A stretch of 64,000 bases of DNA from an uncultured Chloroflexia bacterium (lineage in GTDB: Bacteria > Chloroflexota > Limnocylindria > Limnocylindrales > CSP1-4). Every line of letters begins with the position of its first letter. Position 1 is the first letter of the stretch. A program made the translations under genes and the position numbers. Where the stretch lies: the NCBI GenBank assembly GCA_963813335.1, contig CAWEYL010000001.1, positions 384,001 through 448,000 on the forward strand. Direction: 5' to 3'. This document shows positions 31,339 through 44,278 of this stretch, piece by piece. Under the pieces are notes generated by a model. It saw only the letters and a program-made list of their open reading frames with translations. It was not told the origin of the DNA and searched no databases.

Positions 31339-33257
31339 TTGGCGGTCGGAGTCGCGGCGGAGGTCAAGAGCAAGCTGTCGGTCGTCGAGGTCGTCGGCGA
31401 GACGGTGACGCTCAAGAAGGCGGGCACCACCTACAAGGGCCTGTGCCCCTTCCACGGTGAGAAGACACCCTCGTTCGTCGTCACCCCGGCCCGCGAGAAC
31501 TGGCACTGCTTCGGCTGCGGCCTGAGCGGCGACATCTTCAGCTTCGTCATGCAGCGCGACGGCGCGACCTTCCCCGAGGCGCTCCGCACCCTCGCCCAGC
31601 GCGCCGGCGTCGAGATCGACGAGCGGACCAAGCGCGAGGACGCCCACAAGGCCCGGCTCCGCCAGGTCCTCGACCACGCGATCGCCTTCTACCACGCGGT
31701 CCTGACCTCGTCGAAGGCCGGCGCCGCCGCCCTCGACTACGTCCACGGCCGCGGCATCACCGACGCCTCGATCGAGGCCTTCCAGCTCGGCTGGGCGCCG
31801 GGCGGCTGGGACCAGATGACCCGCACGCTCCAGGCGAAGCGCGACGTCCGCCCCGAGGAGCTCGTCGAGGTGGGCCTCGCCGCGCCGCGTTCCAACGGTC
31901 GCCAGGGCGTCGTACGACAAGTTCCGCAGCCGGGTGATCTTCCCGATCCGCGACGCATCGGGCCACGCGGTCGGCCTCGGCGGCCGCCTCCTCGAAGGGG
32001 AGGGGCCGAAGTACCTCAACTCCGCGGCCACGCCGCTCTTCGACAAGAGCCGCACGCTCTACCTCATCGACAAGGCGAAGGGCCCGATCCGCCGCAGCGG
32101 CGGCCAGGCCGTGATCGTCGAGGGCTACACCGACGCGCTGATGGCCCACCAGGCCGGCTTCGACAACGTCGTGGCCAGCCTCGGGACCGCGCTGACGCCC
32201 GGCCAGGTCGCGCTGCTCACCCGCTACGCGGACCGGATCGTCCTCGCCTACGACGTCGACGCGGCCGGCGAGAAGGCGGGCACGCTCGGGGTCCAGGCGC
32301 TCGCCGGGCTGGTCGGCCAGCTCCAGTCGGACTCGTCCGGCGTCAAGCTCGAGGACGTCCGGGTCGCGCGGCTCCCCGACGGCAAGGATCCCGACGAGGT
32401 CGTGCGCGAGTCGCCCGAGGCGTGGACCGCGGCGATCGCGGCCGCCAAGCCGCTCGTCGAATACCTGATCGGCCACCACGCGGCGCGCTTCGACCTCAAG
32501 CAGTCGTCCGGGCGCGATCGGCTTCGTCGAGGCGGTCATGCCGTCCATCCGCGACATCGCCGACCCGCTCCGCCGCGACGAGGCGCTCCAGGAGGTCCGC
32601 CGCGTGTCGGGCGTGGAGGAGAAGGTCCTGCACCAGGTCCTCGAGCGCCGGCTGGCGGCCGCGGGCCCGGGCCGCGCCGGCGACCAGCAGGGCCGCATCA
32701 CCGCGGACTCGGTCCTGGCCTCGCCGGACGCCCTGCCGATCAACGACATCCTCCGCGCGGTGACGCCAGTCGAGGCCGAGCTCCTGCGCCTGCTGCTCCT
32801 CATCCCGGACCTCCAGCTCAAGGTCGTCGACGAGCTCGGTCCGGACCAGCTGCCTTCGACGGTCGCGCGCGAGCTCTTCCGGGCGATCGTGCTCCAGCGC
32901 GAGTCCAACGACCAGGGCGTCCACCCGCCGTTCGACGCCGCCGTGCTCCTGGCCGGCCTCGACGATGAAACGGCCGCCCTCGCCCGGGCGTTGTATGCGA
33001 AGCCGGGGCCGGACCCGCGGACGCTCGGCGGGAGCCAGCTCGACTACGAGGTCGGCCGCCTCCTCCTCGATCTCGAGGACGAGCGGCTGCGCGAGCGCAG
33101 CGACTACAACGAGGCCGCCCAGGGGGAGGCCGACCGGGCCGGCGACGCCGAGGCGATCGCCCGCCTGATGCTCGAACGAAAGCAGATCAACGAAGCGCGC
33201 CGGTCGCTCGACCGACGTCGAGACCAGACCCGGCTGCTCGTCAGCCACCGGAGGTAA
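31339..33257 (+). CDS. dnaG: DNA primase (2 frameshifts)
   Basis: AGGAGG SD with TTG start; [46 protein letters not shown]. Confidence 0.95.
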
Positions 33258-33259
33258 CC

Positions 33260-34993
<1,734 letters not shown>

Positions 34994-35143
34994 GCCTGGC
35001 CGCCGCGGAGGCGCCGCAGCGGGTCGCCGGGGCCGCCGGGGCCGCCTCGAGGGCGGTTCCCGGAGGCACCGGAATCGGGCTCGCGCCGTTGTCTGCGGCA
35101 TAGCCCACGAGTACTATCCGACCCCTTCCCAGGGGTAGGACGA

Positions 35144-36127
35144 ATGTACTCATCCGAACTCGAACCAGCCGGCGCGACCGGCACTCCCGACACGATAGCG
35201 GAGGGCGTCACGCTCGCCGCCGTGGCCGATCCGCCGATCGCGCTCGAGGCGCCGCGGCGCAACCGCGGGTTCCTCGACGAGCTCGCCCAGGCCATGCAGT
35301 CCGCGGCCGAACGCGAACGCGAGCGGCTGGCGACCGAGGTCGATGGCGTCGCGGGGACGCACGTCGAGAAGGTCCGCGCCCGCGGCGCGGCCGAGGCCGA
35401 GGAGCTGCGCAAGCTCGCCGAGGACGACATCACCGGGATCCACGCCTGGACCAAGGCCGAGACGGTGCGCATCCGCGAGGAAGCGGAGCGGCGCATCGGC
35501 ACCCGGCGCGTCGAGCTCGACAGCTATCTCGTGCGCCACACCGAGCTGATCGACGGCGAGGTGGGGCACATCGGCGGCGCGGTCGAGCAGTACCACCACG
35601 AGCTGGACGCGTTCTTCGGCCGGCTCGCGGCCGAGACGGACCCGGCGGAGTTCGCCCGACTCGCCGACGACCTCCCCGAGCCGCCCGACCTCGCGAAGGT
35701 GGGCGCCGATGCGCGCGCCGCCGCGGTCGCCGAGCTGGCTCGCGAAGAGGATCCGCCGCAGTCGATCGACCGCGGCGACGGCCCCGGCCCCGCCGCCGGC
35801 GGTTCGCAGCAGCTGGGCGCCTTCGACCCCGGCGCACGCGGACCCGAGCTCGTCCCGGTGATGGACGAGGCCAATGGCACGGCAGAGCGGCCGAGCGAGG
35901 CCGAGACTCCGGCCGCGGCCGGCGAGCCCACGCTCCCGGAAGGCGCCGTGGCGTCCGTCCGGATGCCGATCGAGACGGTCATCCCCGCGGTCGCCGGTCC
36001 GACCCCGCCACCCGCCGCACCCGCCAGGACGTCGACCACCCCGGTGGCCGCCGCGGCCGAGGCGACCATGCGGTTCCTCCGCTCGCTGGCCCACCAGCCT
36101 CGACCGGCGTCGCAGCACAAGGACTGA
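35144..36127 (+). CDS. Hypothetical coiled-coil protein with Pro-rich tail
   Basis: Long ORF with genomic codon bias; TACTAT -10 upstream. Confidence 0.65.
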   Translation: MYSSELEPAGATGTPDTIAEGVTLAAVADPPIALEAPRRNRGFLDELAQAMQSAAERERERLATEVDGVAGTHVEKVRARGAAEAEELRKLAEDDITGIHAWTKAETVRIREEAERRIGTRRVELDSYLVRHTELIDGEVGHIGGAVEQYHHELDAFFGRLAAETDPAEFARLADDLPEPPDLAKVGADARAAAVAELAREEDPPQSIDRGDGPGPAAGGSQQLGAFDPGARGPELVPVMDEANGTAERPSEAETPAAAGEPTLPEGAVASVRMPIETVIPAVAGPTPPPAAPARTSTTPVAAAAEATMRFLRSLAHQPRPASQHKD

Positions 36128-36160
36128 CGCCGGCGCGCGTCGGGCGGCCCCGGACGGGGA

Positions 36161-36943
36161 TCAGCGCCGCAGCGCCCAGCGTTCCGGCGTCAACCCGATG
36201 GGCTCCGTCGGGGCCGCCGCGCCGAGGCGGCGCAGCCGTCCCGTCATCCAGTCCCGGTACCACGGCGACCACGTCCGGGCACCGGCCCGCCCGCCGTTGC
36301 CATCGTGGTACTCGGCGTACGACCGCCCGAACGGCGCCTCCAGCGGATCGCGGGTCGAGGTGAAGTCGCCGGCGTCATGGAGGCCGGGGAGCAGGTCCGG
36401 CCCGATCCCCAGGCCGCGGTAGACCGACTCGACCTGGTGGAGCCACTCGTGGACGTAGCCTTGCTCGGGATCGGGGTCAGTGGCGAGCGTCGGCCAGTGG
36501 TCGGTCGAGATCGAGCTGAAGCCGGCGCCGAAGGTCGCGTCCGACGGCCCGATCGTGCAGCCCCAGCCGCACTGCGGGACCTCGGGATCGCACGGCCAGA
36601 GCGCGTAGACGGAGTCGTAGCGGCCGGGACCGGCGTGCTCCTCGAGCGCGGCACGGACCTCGCGCGGCCCCACCCACCAGTGGCCGCCACCACTCGATGA
36701 CAGGGACGGGATCGGCCGGCGCACCTCGATGATGTCGAGCGGGGCGAGCTCGGCCAGCCCGTCGCTCCAGCTCCGGACGGTGTCGGGCAGCCGCTCGACG
36801 ACGCCTTCGACGACCGCGCGCTCCTCGCGGGTCATCACCCGGCGCGCTCGCTTGCGCAGCAGCCCGGAACCCCACCGGGCGTCGATCACCGGGTAGAGCA
36901 GTACCAGCGTCCGGAAGCGCTGCGCGGTCGGGGCGTCCGTCAT
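36161..36943 (-). CDS. Hypothetical HEXXH protein (zincin-like)
   Basis: GYVHEWLHQVE followed by PGLHD; CGWGC. Confidence 0.6.
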   Translation of the reverse strand: MTDAPTAQRFRTLVLLYPVIDARWGSGLLRKRARRVMTREERAVVEGVVERLPDTVRSWSDGLAELAPLDIIEVRRPIPSLSSSGGGHWWVGPREVRAALEEHAGPGRYDSVYALWPCDPEVPQCGWGCTIGPSDATFGAGFSSISTDHWPTLATDPDPEQGYVHEWLHQVESVYRGLGIGPDLLPGLHDAGDFTSTRDPLEAPFGRSYAEYHDGNGGRAGARTWSPWYRDWMTGRLRRLGAAAPTEPIGLTPERWALRR

Positions 36944-37012
36944 GGACGGAGGGTATCGCGCCCGGCCGCCCGGCTGCCCGAGCCGCCGGGTGGCCCTGCT
37001 AGCATCCGGTCG

Positions 37013-37948
37013 ATGGCAGCGAAGCGAACGGCCAAGGCGTCGCCAGCCTCGGGGACAGGACCCGGTCCGCTCGTCGACGTCGCGTGGCTGGCGGCCCACC
37101 TCGACGACCCGGACGTGCGCGTCGTGCACGTCTCGCCGGACAAGCGCGTCTACAACAAGCGCCACATCGCCGGCGCGACCTACTCCGACCTGCACAAGGA
37201 GCTGGCCCTCAAGGGCCGGGCGCCCGAGACCGGCGACGCCGAGCGCGAGTGGCTGGTGCCCTCGCGCGAGCAGGCGGAGGCCGTGCTCCGCCGCTGGCGG
37301 GTCGGCGAGGGCGACCGGATCGTCTTCTACGACGACATCGGGATGAACCGCCAGGCGATCCGCGGCTACTGGCTGATGCGCCTTTACCGCTTCCCGCAGG
37401 ACCGCCTGCACATCCTCGACGGCGGCATCGAGGCGTGGCGGCGCGCGGGCCAGGCGACGACCACGGAGCTCCCCGAGGCGGACCTCGCCGACGGGCTCCG
37501 CCGGCCGGTCGCCCTCGGCGAGCGCGACGATGACCTGATCGCGACCTACGACCAGGTCCTCGCCTGGAGCCGCGAATCGACCGCCGGCTCCGGTCCCGCC
37601 GCGGACCGACCGACGCGGATCCTCGACGTCCGGACGGCGGGCGAGTACGTCGGCACGGACCTGCGGGCCGCACGCGGCGGTCATATCCCGGGCGCCCGGC
37701 AGCGCTGCTTCGTGGACCTGCTGACCGACGAGGGCACGTTCCGCCCGGTCGACGACATGGTCGCGCTCGTGCGCGCGTCGGGCGCCGACCCGTCCGAGAT
37801 CCGCGCCACGTACTGCCAGGGCGGCGTCCGGGCCGCGCTGGTCTGGTTCGTCCTCCGCGAGCTGGCCGGCTTCGACGGCGTCCGCAGCTATGCCGGATCG
37901 TGGGAGGAGTGGGGGAACCGCCCCGACAGCCCGATCGAGGCACCCTAG
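37013..37948 (+). CDS. Two-domain sulfurtransferase (rhodanese)
   Basis: HIAGA, LDGG, LDVRTAGEY, GHIPGA, YCQGGVRA, YAGSWEEW. Confidence 0.9.
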   Translation: MAAKRTAKASPASGTGPGPLVDVAWLAAHLDDPDVRVVHVSPDKRVYNKRHIAGATYSDLHKELALKGRAPETGDAEREWLVPSREQAEAVLRRWRVGEGDRIVFYDDIGMNRQAIRGYWLMRLYRFPQDRLHILDGGIEAWRRAGQATTTELPEADLADGLRRPVALGERDDDLIATYDQVLAWSRESTAGSGPAADRPTRILDVRTAGEYVGTDLRAARGGHIPGARQRCFVDLLTDEGTFRPVDDMVALVRASGADPSEIRATYCQGGVRAALVWFVLRELAGFDGVRSYAGSWEEWGNRPDSPIEAP

Positions 37949-38058
37949 CCGCGGCCCGTCCGACCCGCCCACGCCCTCGTGCTATCCTGTCGCGCGGCGT
38001 CGATTCGGCGCCCACTCGCGAGCGGTCCCGGCGTCTGCCCGGGGCCCCGCGTCTCCGC

Positions 38059-38133
38059 TCCGGCGTAGCTCAGTGGTAGAGCGGGCGACTGTTAATCGCT
38101 TGGTCGTAAGTTCGAATCTTACCGCCGGAGCCA
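38059..38133 (+). tRNA. tRNA-Asn (GTT)
   Basis: TCCGGCG acceptor stem, AGCTCAGTGGTAGAGC D arm, CTGTTAA anticodon loop, TTCGAAT T loop, CCA end. Confidence 0.96.
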
Positions 38134-38490
38134 CTCCTTCCCGACCCGATGCCCCGGTCCGGTGCGTCCGGACACCCCTCGACGGCGCCTTCGCCATCGC
38201 CGGCCGGCGCAGCGCAGCCGATGGCTGCCAGGCTCCCGGTCGACCGCGCACCGCGGCCCCCTGGGCGGTCCGGTGCGGAGCCGTGGTCCAGGGTGGGTTC
38301 GGGCGTCCCGATGGTCACCCGAGCTCGTAGGACTCGGCGGGCCGCCTCGTCGTCGGCAGATGCGGTGACTCCCTGCACATAGGCCGCGGCTGACGAATGG
38401 GCCGGTACGTTTCGACGCCCGCGGCGGGTATGAATCACGGGCATTCATCCGCCTCGGGTCCCCCGGGGCAGCCGCTAGTGAGAACGACGC

Positions 38491-39718
38491 ATGCCCGTCC
38501 TGCGCCGCCGCCGGGTCGCCGACCGATCGGTCCTCGCCGCCTGGTCCGTGGCCGCCCTCGTCTGGGCAGCGGCGATCCCCCTGGCGACGCCGGCGCTTGC
38601 GGCAGGCCACGGCGCCCTGTTCGCGGTCGATGTCGAGCCGGATACCGCCAGCGACGTCACCGGGACGACGTTCGTGCTGCAGGCGACCCTGTACGACGCC
38701 GCCAACAACGTCTACGACGGCCCCGGGACCGACACGCACATCCGGTTCATCTGGGACGTCGGCACCCCGAACGAGCAGCCGGAGATGAGCTGCGATACCG
38801 GCACGAACGGCACGTGCTCGGTCAGCTACCAGGCCGACAATCCGGGCGAGGACACGATCTGCGTCCAGGCTGATGATGCCAAGTCCAAGTGCGGTCCGGT
38901 CGCCAGCCAAGAGCGCAACGACCTCGAAGACTGGATCTGGCGGACCGCGACCGAACCCACGCCCACGCCCACGCCCACCCCGACGCCCACGCCCACCCCC
39001 GACGCCCACGCCCACGACCCCCACGCCCACCCCGACCCCCACGCCCACCCCGACCCCCACGCCCACCCCGACCCCCACGCCCACCCCGACCCCCACGCCC
39101 ACCCCGACCCCCACGCCCACCCCGACCCCCACGCCCACCCCGACCCCCACGCCCACCCCGACCCCCACGCCCACCCCGAAGCCCACCCCGGCCCCGACGC
39201 CGAAGCCGACACCAGCCCCCACACCGACCCCGACTCCAACGCCCGAAGCCGTCGTCGCGCCGACCCCGACCCCCACGCCCACGCCGACCGCGACGCCGAA
39301 TCCCACCCCGACCCCGAGCGCGACGCCTGATCCGTCGCCGTCGCCGGTGATCGCACCCCTCCCATCACCGACCCAGACCCCGACCCCGACGGCGCCGCCG
39401 CACAGATCGACCGCGGTCGTCGGCACGACCGGCGCTGGGCCGGTCCCGGGTCCGAGCCCGGATCACGGCGGTCGCAAGCCGGTCGGTATCGTCGACGAGA
39501 TCAGCGACAACGTCGCCGCCGGTGTCTCGACCGTCGTCAAGCCCGCCGCGGCCGCCGCGGTCGCCACGACCTTCAGCTTCCCGCTGGCCCTGATGCTGAT
39601 CGTGCTCCTCTTCCTGCTCGTCCAGTCGCGCGTCGACCGTCGCGACCCGCGACTGAAGCAGGCCGTCGGCGCCGGACCGGAGGCGCTCATCGGCTTCGAG
39701 GACGAGGAACTCCTGTGA
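38491..39718 (+). CDS. Surface protein: signal peptide, Ig-like domain, Pro/Thr stalk, C-terminal TM (+1 frameshift near 38996-39000)
   Basis: [13 protein letters not shown]; (PT)n; [26 protein letters not shown]. Confidence 0.75.
39023..39166 (+). repeat. 8 x 18-bp tandem repeat ACGCCCACCCCGACCCCC encoding TPTPTP
   Basis: Read directly; degenerate copies on both flanks. Confidence 0.9.
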
Positions 39719-42297
39719 CCGCTCGGGCGGCCACCGGTGCGGTGAACCCGCCGCTCCCAGTTCCGGCCGCATCCGCGATCGGTGGCCACGACCAGGCCCA
39801 CGCGGGCCGCGGGGACTTCACGTCGCTCAGCGACCGGATGTCGCACCTGCTCATCCTGCGGGTGGCGATCGGCGTGATCGTCTCCCTCTGGGCCGTGCTG
39901 GCACCCGAGGCGCTGGTCGAGCCGCTCGGGACGATCGGGGCCTGGACCGCCGCCTATCTCGCGTTCGCGGTCATCGGGGAGTGGGCCCGGCAGCGGACCA
40001 CCCGGTTCAATTACTGGATCCTCACCGGCCTGCTCCTGATGGACGGCGTCTACCTTGCCGCCGCGATGTACGCGACGGGCGGGACGCAGAGTCCGATCCG
40101 GTTCGTCGTCTACCTCCACCTCGTGGCGGTCTCGCTGCTGGCCTCGTACCGGACCGGCCTCAAGATCGCCCTATGGCACTCGCTGCTGCTGTTCGTCCTC
40201 CTCTATGCGCAGGCCGCCCGTCTCGTTACCGCGATCGAGGTCACTCCCGGGGTCGGCATCGAATTCGACCAGATGCCGGTCCTCAACGTCACGTCCTTCT
40301 GGCTGTTCGCGATCGCGACCTCGATCTTCTCCGCGCTCAACGAGCGCGAACTGCGACAGCGCCGCGCCGACCTGCAGGCGCTCGTCGACGTCGGCGCCAA
40401 GCTCGACACCGTCGCGGACGCGATCCGGCAGGCCGAGCTCGTGCTCGAGGCCCTCGTCGGACGCTTCGGCTTCGAGCGCGGCGTGCTGCTCGGCGAGTCG
40501 GATCGGCGGGTCGTCGTCCTCGCGACGCACGGCACGGCCGAGGCGCCGACGACCTCGAACGACCCCGACTGGATCGTGAGCCGCGCCTGGGAGCGCCGCG
40601 AGACCCTGCCCGTCAAACACCTCGACCCGACGCGCGACCCGCTGCTCGCGAAGCTCATGCCCGACGCGCGGAACGTCCTGGTCGCTCCGATGATCGCGGA
40701 CGGCCGGACGATCGGGGCCATCGTCGTCGAGCATCGCGCCCGGCGCCGGCCCGGCGTCGAGCGGCGCGTCGCGGCGATGCTCGGCCAGTTCGCGGCGATC
40801 GCCGCGCTGAACCTGCGCAACGCCGTGCTCCTCCAGCACGTGCAGGACCTCGCCGAGCGCGACTCCCTGACCGGCGCCGCCAACCGCCGCATGTTCCAGC
40901 TGGCGCTCGAGCGCGTCCTCGGTGCCAAGAAGGACGCCCATCCAGAGGACAAGGTCACCGCGGTCCTCTTCCTCGACCTCGACGACTTCAAGGTCGTGAA
41001 CGATACGCTCGGCCACGGGGCCGGCGACGCGCTCCTCGTGGCGGTCACCGAGCGCATCGAGGGGCTCGTCCGCGAGGGTGACCTGGTCGCCCGCCTCGGC
41101 GGCGACGAATTCGCGGTCCTCATCGAGGACGAGCCGTCGCTCAGCCGGGCCCGCTCGATGGCGGCACGCCTGGTCTACGAGCTCCGCGCGCCGTACATCC
41201 TCGGCGACAAGCACGTGGTGGTGTCCGCGTCGGTGGGCATCGCCAGTGCCCGCGATGCGATCGCGGGCGCGGCGGACCTCGTCCGCAATGCCGACGTCGC
41301 GATGTACATGGCCAAGGCCAACGGCAAGTCCGGCTTCTCGGTCTTCGACCCCGGCATGCACGAGGCCATGCGCGAGCGCCACGAGCTCAGCGTCGACCTC
41401 CAGCGCGCGGCGGACCTCGACCAGCTGGCCCTGATGTTCCAGCCGATCGTGAACCTCAAGACGGGCGGCTTGGCCGGTGTCGAGGCGCTCGTGCGCTGGC
41501 ACCACCCGGTGCATGGCCTGATCATGCCGGACCGCTTCATCGAGATCGCCGAGGAGACCGGGACGATCCTCCCGATCGGCCATTGGGTGCTCCGCCACGC
41601 GTGTCTCGAGGCCGCGGACTGGCTGGCCGAGGGGCAGGTCCCGCCCGAGACGTTCGTCAGCGTCAACGTGTCGGCCCGCGAGATCCAGCAGCTCGGCTTC
41701 GTCGACGGCGTCAAGGCCGTGCTCGGCGAGTCCGGCCTCGATCCGAAGCGCCTGGTCCTCGAGATCACCGAGACCGCGCTGCTGCGCGCCACGCCGACGA
41801 CGGTCGCCACACTCGAGGCGGTCCGGGCGATGGGCGTGCGCACCGTCATCGACGACTTCGGGACCGGCTACTTCTCGCTCAGCCACCTGCGCCAGTTCCC
41901 GGTCGATGCGCTCAAGATCGCCAAGGAGTTCGTGCAGGACGTCGACGAGGCGTCCAAGTCGTCTGCGCTGGCCGGCGCGATCATCGCGATGAGCCGCTCG
42001 CTCGGCATCGAGACTGTCGCGGAGGGGATCGAGACGTCCGAGCAGGCGGACCGGATGCAGCGCCTCGGCTGCGCCTTCGGCCAGGGCTACGCGTTCGCGC
42101 GCCCGATGGATGTCGCCGACCTGCTGGCGAGCTTCGGGGTCATGCCCGCCGAGATCGCCGCATCCGCCCCGGCGGCCAGGGCCGCCACGAAGCGGACGAA
42201 GGCGACTGTCGAGGCGGCGGTCGACGCCACCACGCGACGCGTCGCGGCCAAGGTCGTGCCGCCGACCCGGCCGACGCGCCGACCGGCCGGCGCCTGA
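39715..42297 (+). CDS. Membrane GAF-GGDEF-EAL c-di-GMP protein
   Basis: TM helices, GAF ([16 protein letters not shown]), [27 protein letters not shown]. Confidence 0.93.
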   Translation: MTARAATGAVNPPLPVPAASAIGGHDQAHAGRGDFTSLSDRMSHLLILRVAIGVIVSLWAVLAPEALVEPLGTIGAWTAAYLAFAVIGEWARQRTTRFNYWILTGLLLMDGVYLAAAMYATGGTQSPIRFVVYLHLVAVSLLASYRTGLKIALWHSLLLFVLLYAQAARLVTAIEVTPGVGIEFDQMPVLNVTSFWLFAIATSIFSALNERELRQRRADLQALVDVGAKLDTVADAIRQAELVLEALVGRFGFERGVLLGESDRRVVVLATHGTAEAPTTSNDPDWIVSRAWERRETLPVKHLDPTRDPLLAKLMPDARNVLVAPMIADGRTIGAIVVEHRARRRPGVERRVAAMLGQFAAIAALNLRNAVLLQHVQDLAERDSLTGAANRRMFQLALERVLGAKKDAHPEDKVTAVLFLDLDDFKVVNDTLGHGAGDALLVAVTERIEGLVREGDLVARLGGDEFAVLIEDEPSLSRARSMAARLVYELRAPYILGDKHVVVSASVGIASARDAIAGAADLVRNADVAMYMAKANGKSGFSVFDPGMHEAMRERHELSVDLQRAADLDQLALMFQPIVNLKTGGLAGVEALVRWHHPVHGLIMPDRFIEIAEETGTILPIGHWVLRHACLEAADWLAEGQVPPETFVSVNVSAREIQQLGFVDGVKAVLGESGLDPKRLVLEITETALLRATPTTVATLEAVRAMGVRTVIDDFGTGYFSLSHLRQFPVDALKIAKEFVQDVDEASKSSALAGAIIAMSRSLGIETVAEGIETSEQADRMQRLGCAFGQGYAFARPMDVADLLASFGVMPAEIAASAPAARAATKRTKATVEAAVDATTRRVAAKVVPPTRPTRRPAGA

Positions 42298-42378
42298 GCC
42301 GGCGAGGGTCAGGATGGCACGATCCGACTGGGCGCGGCCCGACGTGGCCTTGCCCGACGCGGGACGACCGTGGGACGC

Positions 42379-43008
42379 CTATCCGTCGTTGACGACGGGC
42401 GCCTGGCCGACGAGAGCGCCGTCGGCGAGTTCGCGGACGAGGAGATCGGCGAGGTTCGCGCGCGAGATCGGCGCGACGGTCGAGCCGGTGAGCGGGCCCG
42501 CGACGACGCGTCCCGTCCGCGGCCCGTCCGTCAGGCGCACGGCACGCACGAGCGTCCAGTCCGCCGTCGAAGCCCGGATCCGCTCGGCGGTCAGGACGAT
42601 ATCGCGGTAGGCGGTGGGCCTGACGGCGTAGGCCAGCCGGAGCCGGGCACGGTCGCCTCGCCCGAGCCGGTCCGCGGGGTCGCCCACGGCCGCGTGACTG
42701 ACCGCGACCAGGCGATGCACGCCGTGCTCGGCCATCGCGCCGAGGATCGCGGCCGTGCCGTCCGAGATCGCGTGCGCGTCGCCGCCCGGCTTCGGCCCGA
42801 GCAGGCTCACGACGGCGTCCGCCTCGGCGATCGCCCGGTCGATCGCGGCGACGTCGCCGAGCGAGCCGGCCGTGATCGTCAGGCGCGCCAGTCGCTCCAG
42901 GCGCGCGGGGTCCCTGGCGTAGGCCGTCACCGTGTGGCCCGCCAGCAGCGCCGCGTCGATCGTGAGCCGGCCGGTCGGCCCGGTGCCCCCGAAGATCGCG
43001 ATCCTCAT
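42379..43008 (-). CDS. NAD(P)H-binding protein (flavin reductase/BVR-B-like)
   Basis: IAIFGGTGPTG, WTLVR, ISRANLA. Confidence 0.85.
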   Translation of the reverse strand: MRIAIFGGTGPTGRLTIDAALLAGHTVTAYARDPARLERLARLTITAGSLGDVAAIDRAIAEADAVVSLLGPKPGGDAHAISDGTAAILGAMAEHGVHRLVAVSHAAVGDPADRLGRGDRARLRLAYAVRPTAYRDIVLTAERIRASTADWTLVRAVRLTDGPRTGRVVAGPLTGSTVAPISRANLADLLVRELADGALVGQAPVVNDG

Positions 43009-43679
43009 CGCTGCGCCACCGTGCCCGACGCGTCCGCTGCGCTCGTCGGCACGCCCCTCGCGTCCGCCGGCGCGTCGAGGTGGCAGTCCTCGTTCCAGGT
43101 CTCGATGACCGGACGGTCGCGGTCCCAGCCGAGGATCGACACGGTCGCGGTCGAGAGGGCGAAGAGCCCGCCCGAGGCGCCGGGCATCCCGAGCCACCGC
43201 GCGCCGAGGACGCGCAGCAGGTGGCCGTGGCTGAAGAGCAGGGTGTCGCCCCCGATGCCGGACGCCAGGCAGCGGGCGATGACCCGGTCCGCGCGGGCGG
43301 TGACGTCGTCGATGGTCTCGCCACCGGGCCAAGGGCCGGACCAGATGGACCAGTCCGGGAACTCGGCACGGATGTCGGCGGTCAGGCGGCCCTCGAGCGC
43401 GCCATAGTCCCACTCCATGAGGTCCGGGTCGGGCTCGGCGAGCTCGCCGAACCCGGCGAGCCGCGCGGTGTCGGCCGCGCGGGAGAGGGGACTCGTCAGG
43501 ACGAGGGCGAACGCGTGGCCCTCGAGCCGCCGGCCGAGGGCCCCGGCCTGCGTTCGCCCGACCCCGGTCAACGGGATGTCGGTCCGACCGGTATGGCGGC
43601 CGAGGCGCGCCCACTCGGTCTCGCCATGGCGGACCAGCCAGACCTGGCGCTCGGGTGCGCCCTGCGGCACGTCCGTCAT
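43005..43679 (-). CDS. Histidine phosphatase family protein
   Basis: LVRHGETEW, SPLSRA, LMEWDYGALEG, FSHGH. Confidence 0.9.
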   Translation of the reverse strand: MTDVPQGAPERQVWLVRHGETEWARLGRHTGRTDIPLTGVGRTQAGALGRRLEGHAFALVLTSPLSRAADTARLAGFGELAEPDPDLMEWDYGALEGRLTADIRAEFPDWSIWSGPWPGGETIDDVTARADRVIARCLASGIGGDTLLFSHGHLLRVLGARWLGMPGASGGLFALSTATVSILGWDRDRPVIETWNEDCHLDAPADARGVPTSAADASGTVAQR

Positions 43680-44278
43680 CCGGCGGACCCGGCGTCCGAT
43701 CCATCGCCCGTGTCCAGCGCCACGTCCGGGCGGGTCGCGGCGGCCGGATCCGGCGTGAAGAAGTCCCGGGGCCGCCAGCCGAGCAGCCCGGCCAGCATGT
43801 TCGTCGGGACCTGCGAGATCCTCGTGTTGTAGCGATAGACCTGGTCGTTGTAGAGCTCGCGGCGGTCCGCGATGATCCCCTCGAGGCGCTCGATCTCGGA
43901 CTGCAGGTCGGCCACGTTGGCCGCCGACTTGATGTCGGGGTAGCGCTCGACCGTCGCGAACAGGGTTCGGATCGCCGCGCTCGTCTGGGCGGAGACCCCG
44001 GCCTGCGCGGGGATCGGGGCGCTCGGCGCGTAGGCGGCACGGGCACGGGTGACCTCGGTGAGGACGTCGCGCTCGTAGGTCATCAGGCCCCGGACGGCCT
44101 CCACCAGACTGGGCAGCTGATCGTGGCGCTGCTGCAGCGCCACGCCGATGTTCGCCCACGCCTTGTCGATCCGCTGTCGGAGTGCCATGACAGCGTTGTA
44201 GCTTGCTACCACGATGTACGCCACGACGAGCACCACGACCCCGATCGCGAAGACGGCCGCGTAGGACGCTGCGTTCAC
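43676..44278 (-). CDS. lemA: LemA family protein
   Basis: TM; AWANIGVALQQRHD; ERYPDIKS; RRELYN. Confidence 0.88.
   Translation of the reverse strand: MNAASYAAVFAIGVVVLVVAYIVVASYNAVMALRQRIDKAWANIGVALQQRHDQLPSLVEAVRGLMTYERDVLTEVTRARAAYAPSAPIPAQAGVSAQTSAAIRTLFATVERYPDIKSAANVADLQSEIERLEGIIADRRELYNDQVYRYNTRISQVPTNMLAGLLGWRPRDFFTPDPAAATRPDVALDTGDGSDAGSAG

Noticed and set aside
38059-38490. tRNA-Asn as an integration site
   Set aside because: No integrase and no duplicated tRNA 3' end seen in the window
38956-39180. Tandem repeat as a CRISPR array
   Set aside because: No spacers, encodes a Pro/Thr linker, no cas genes
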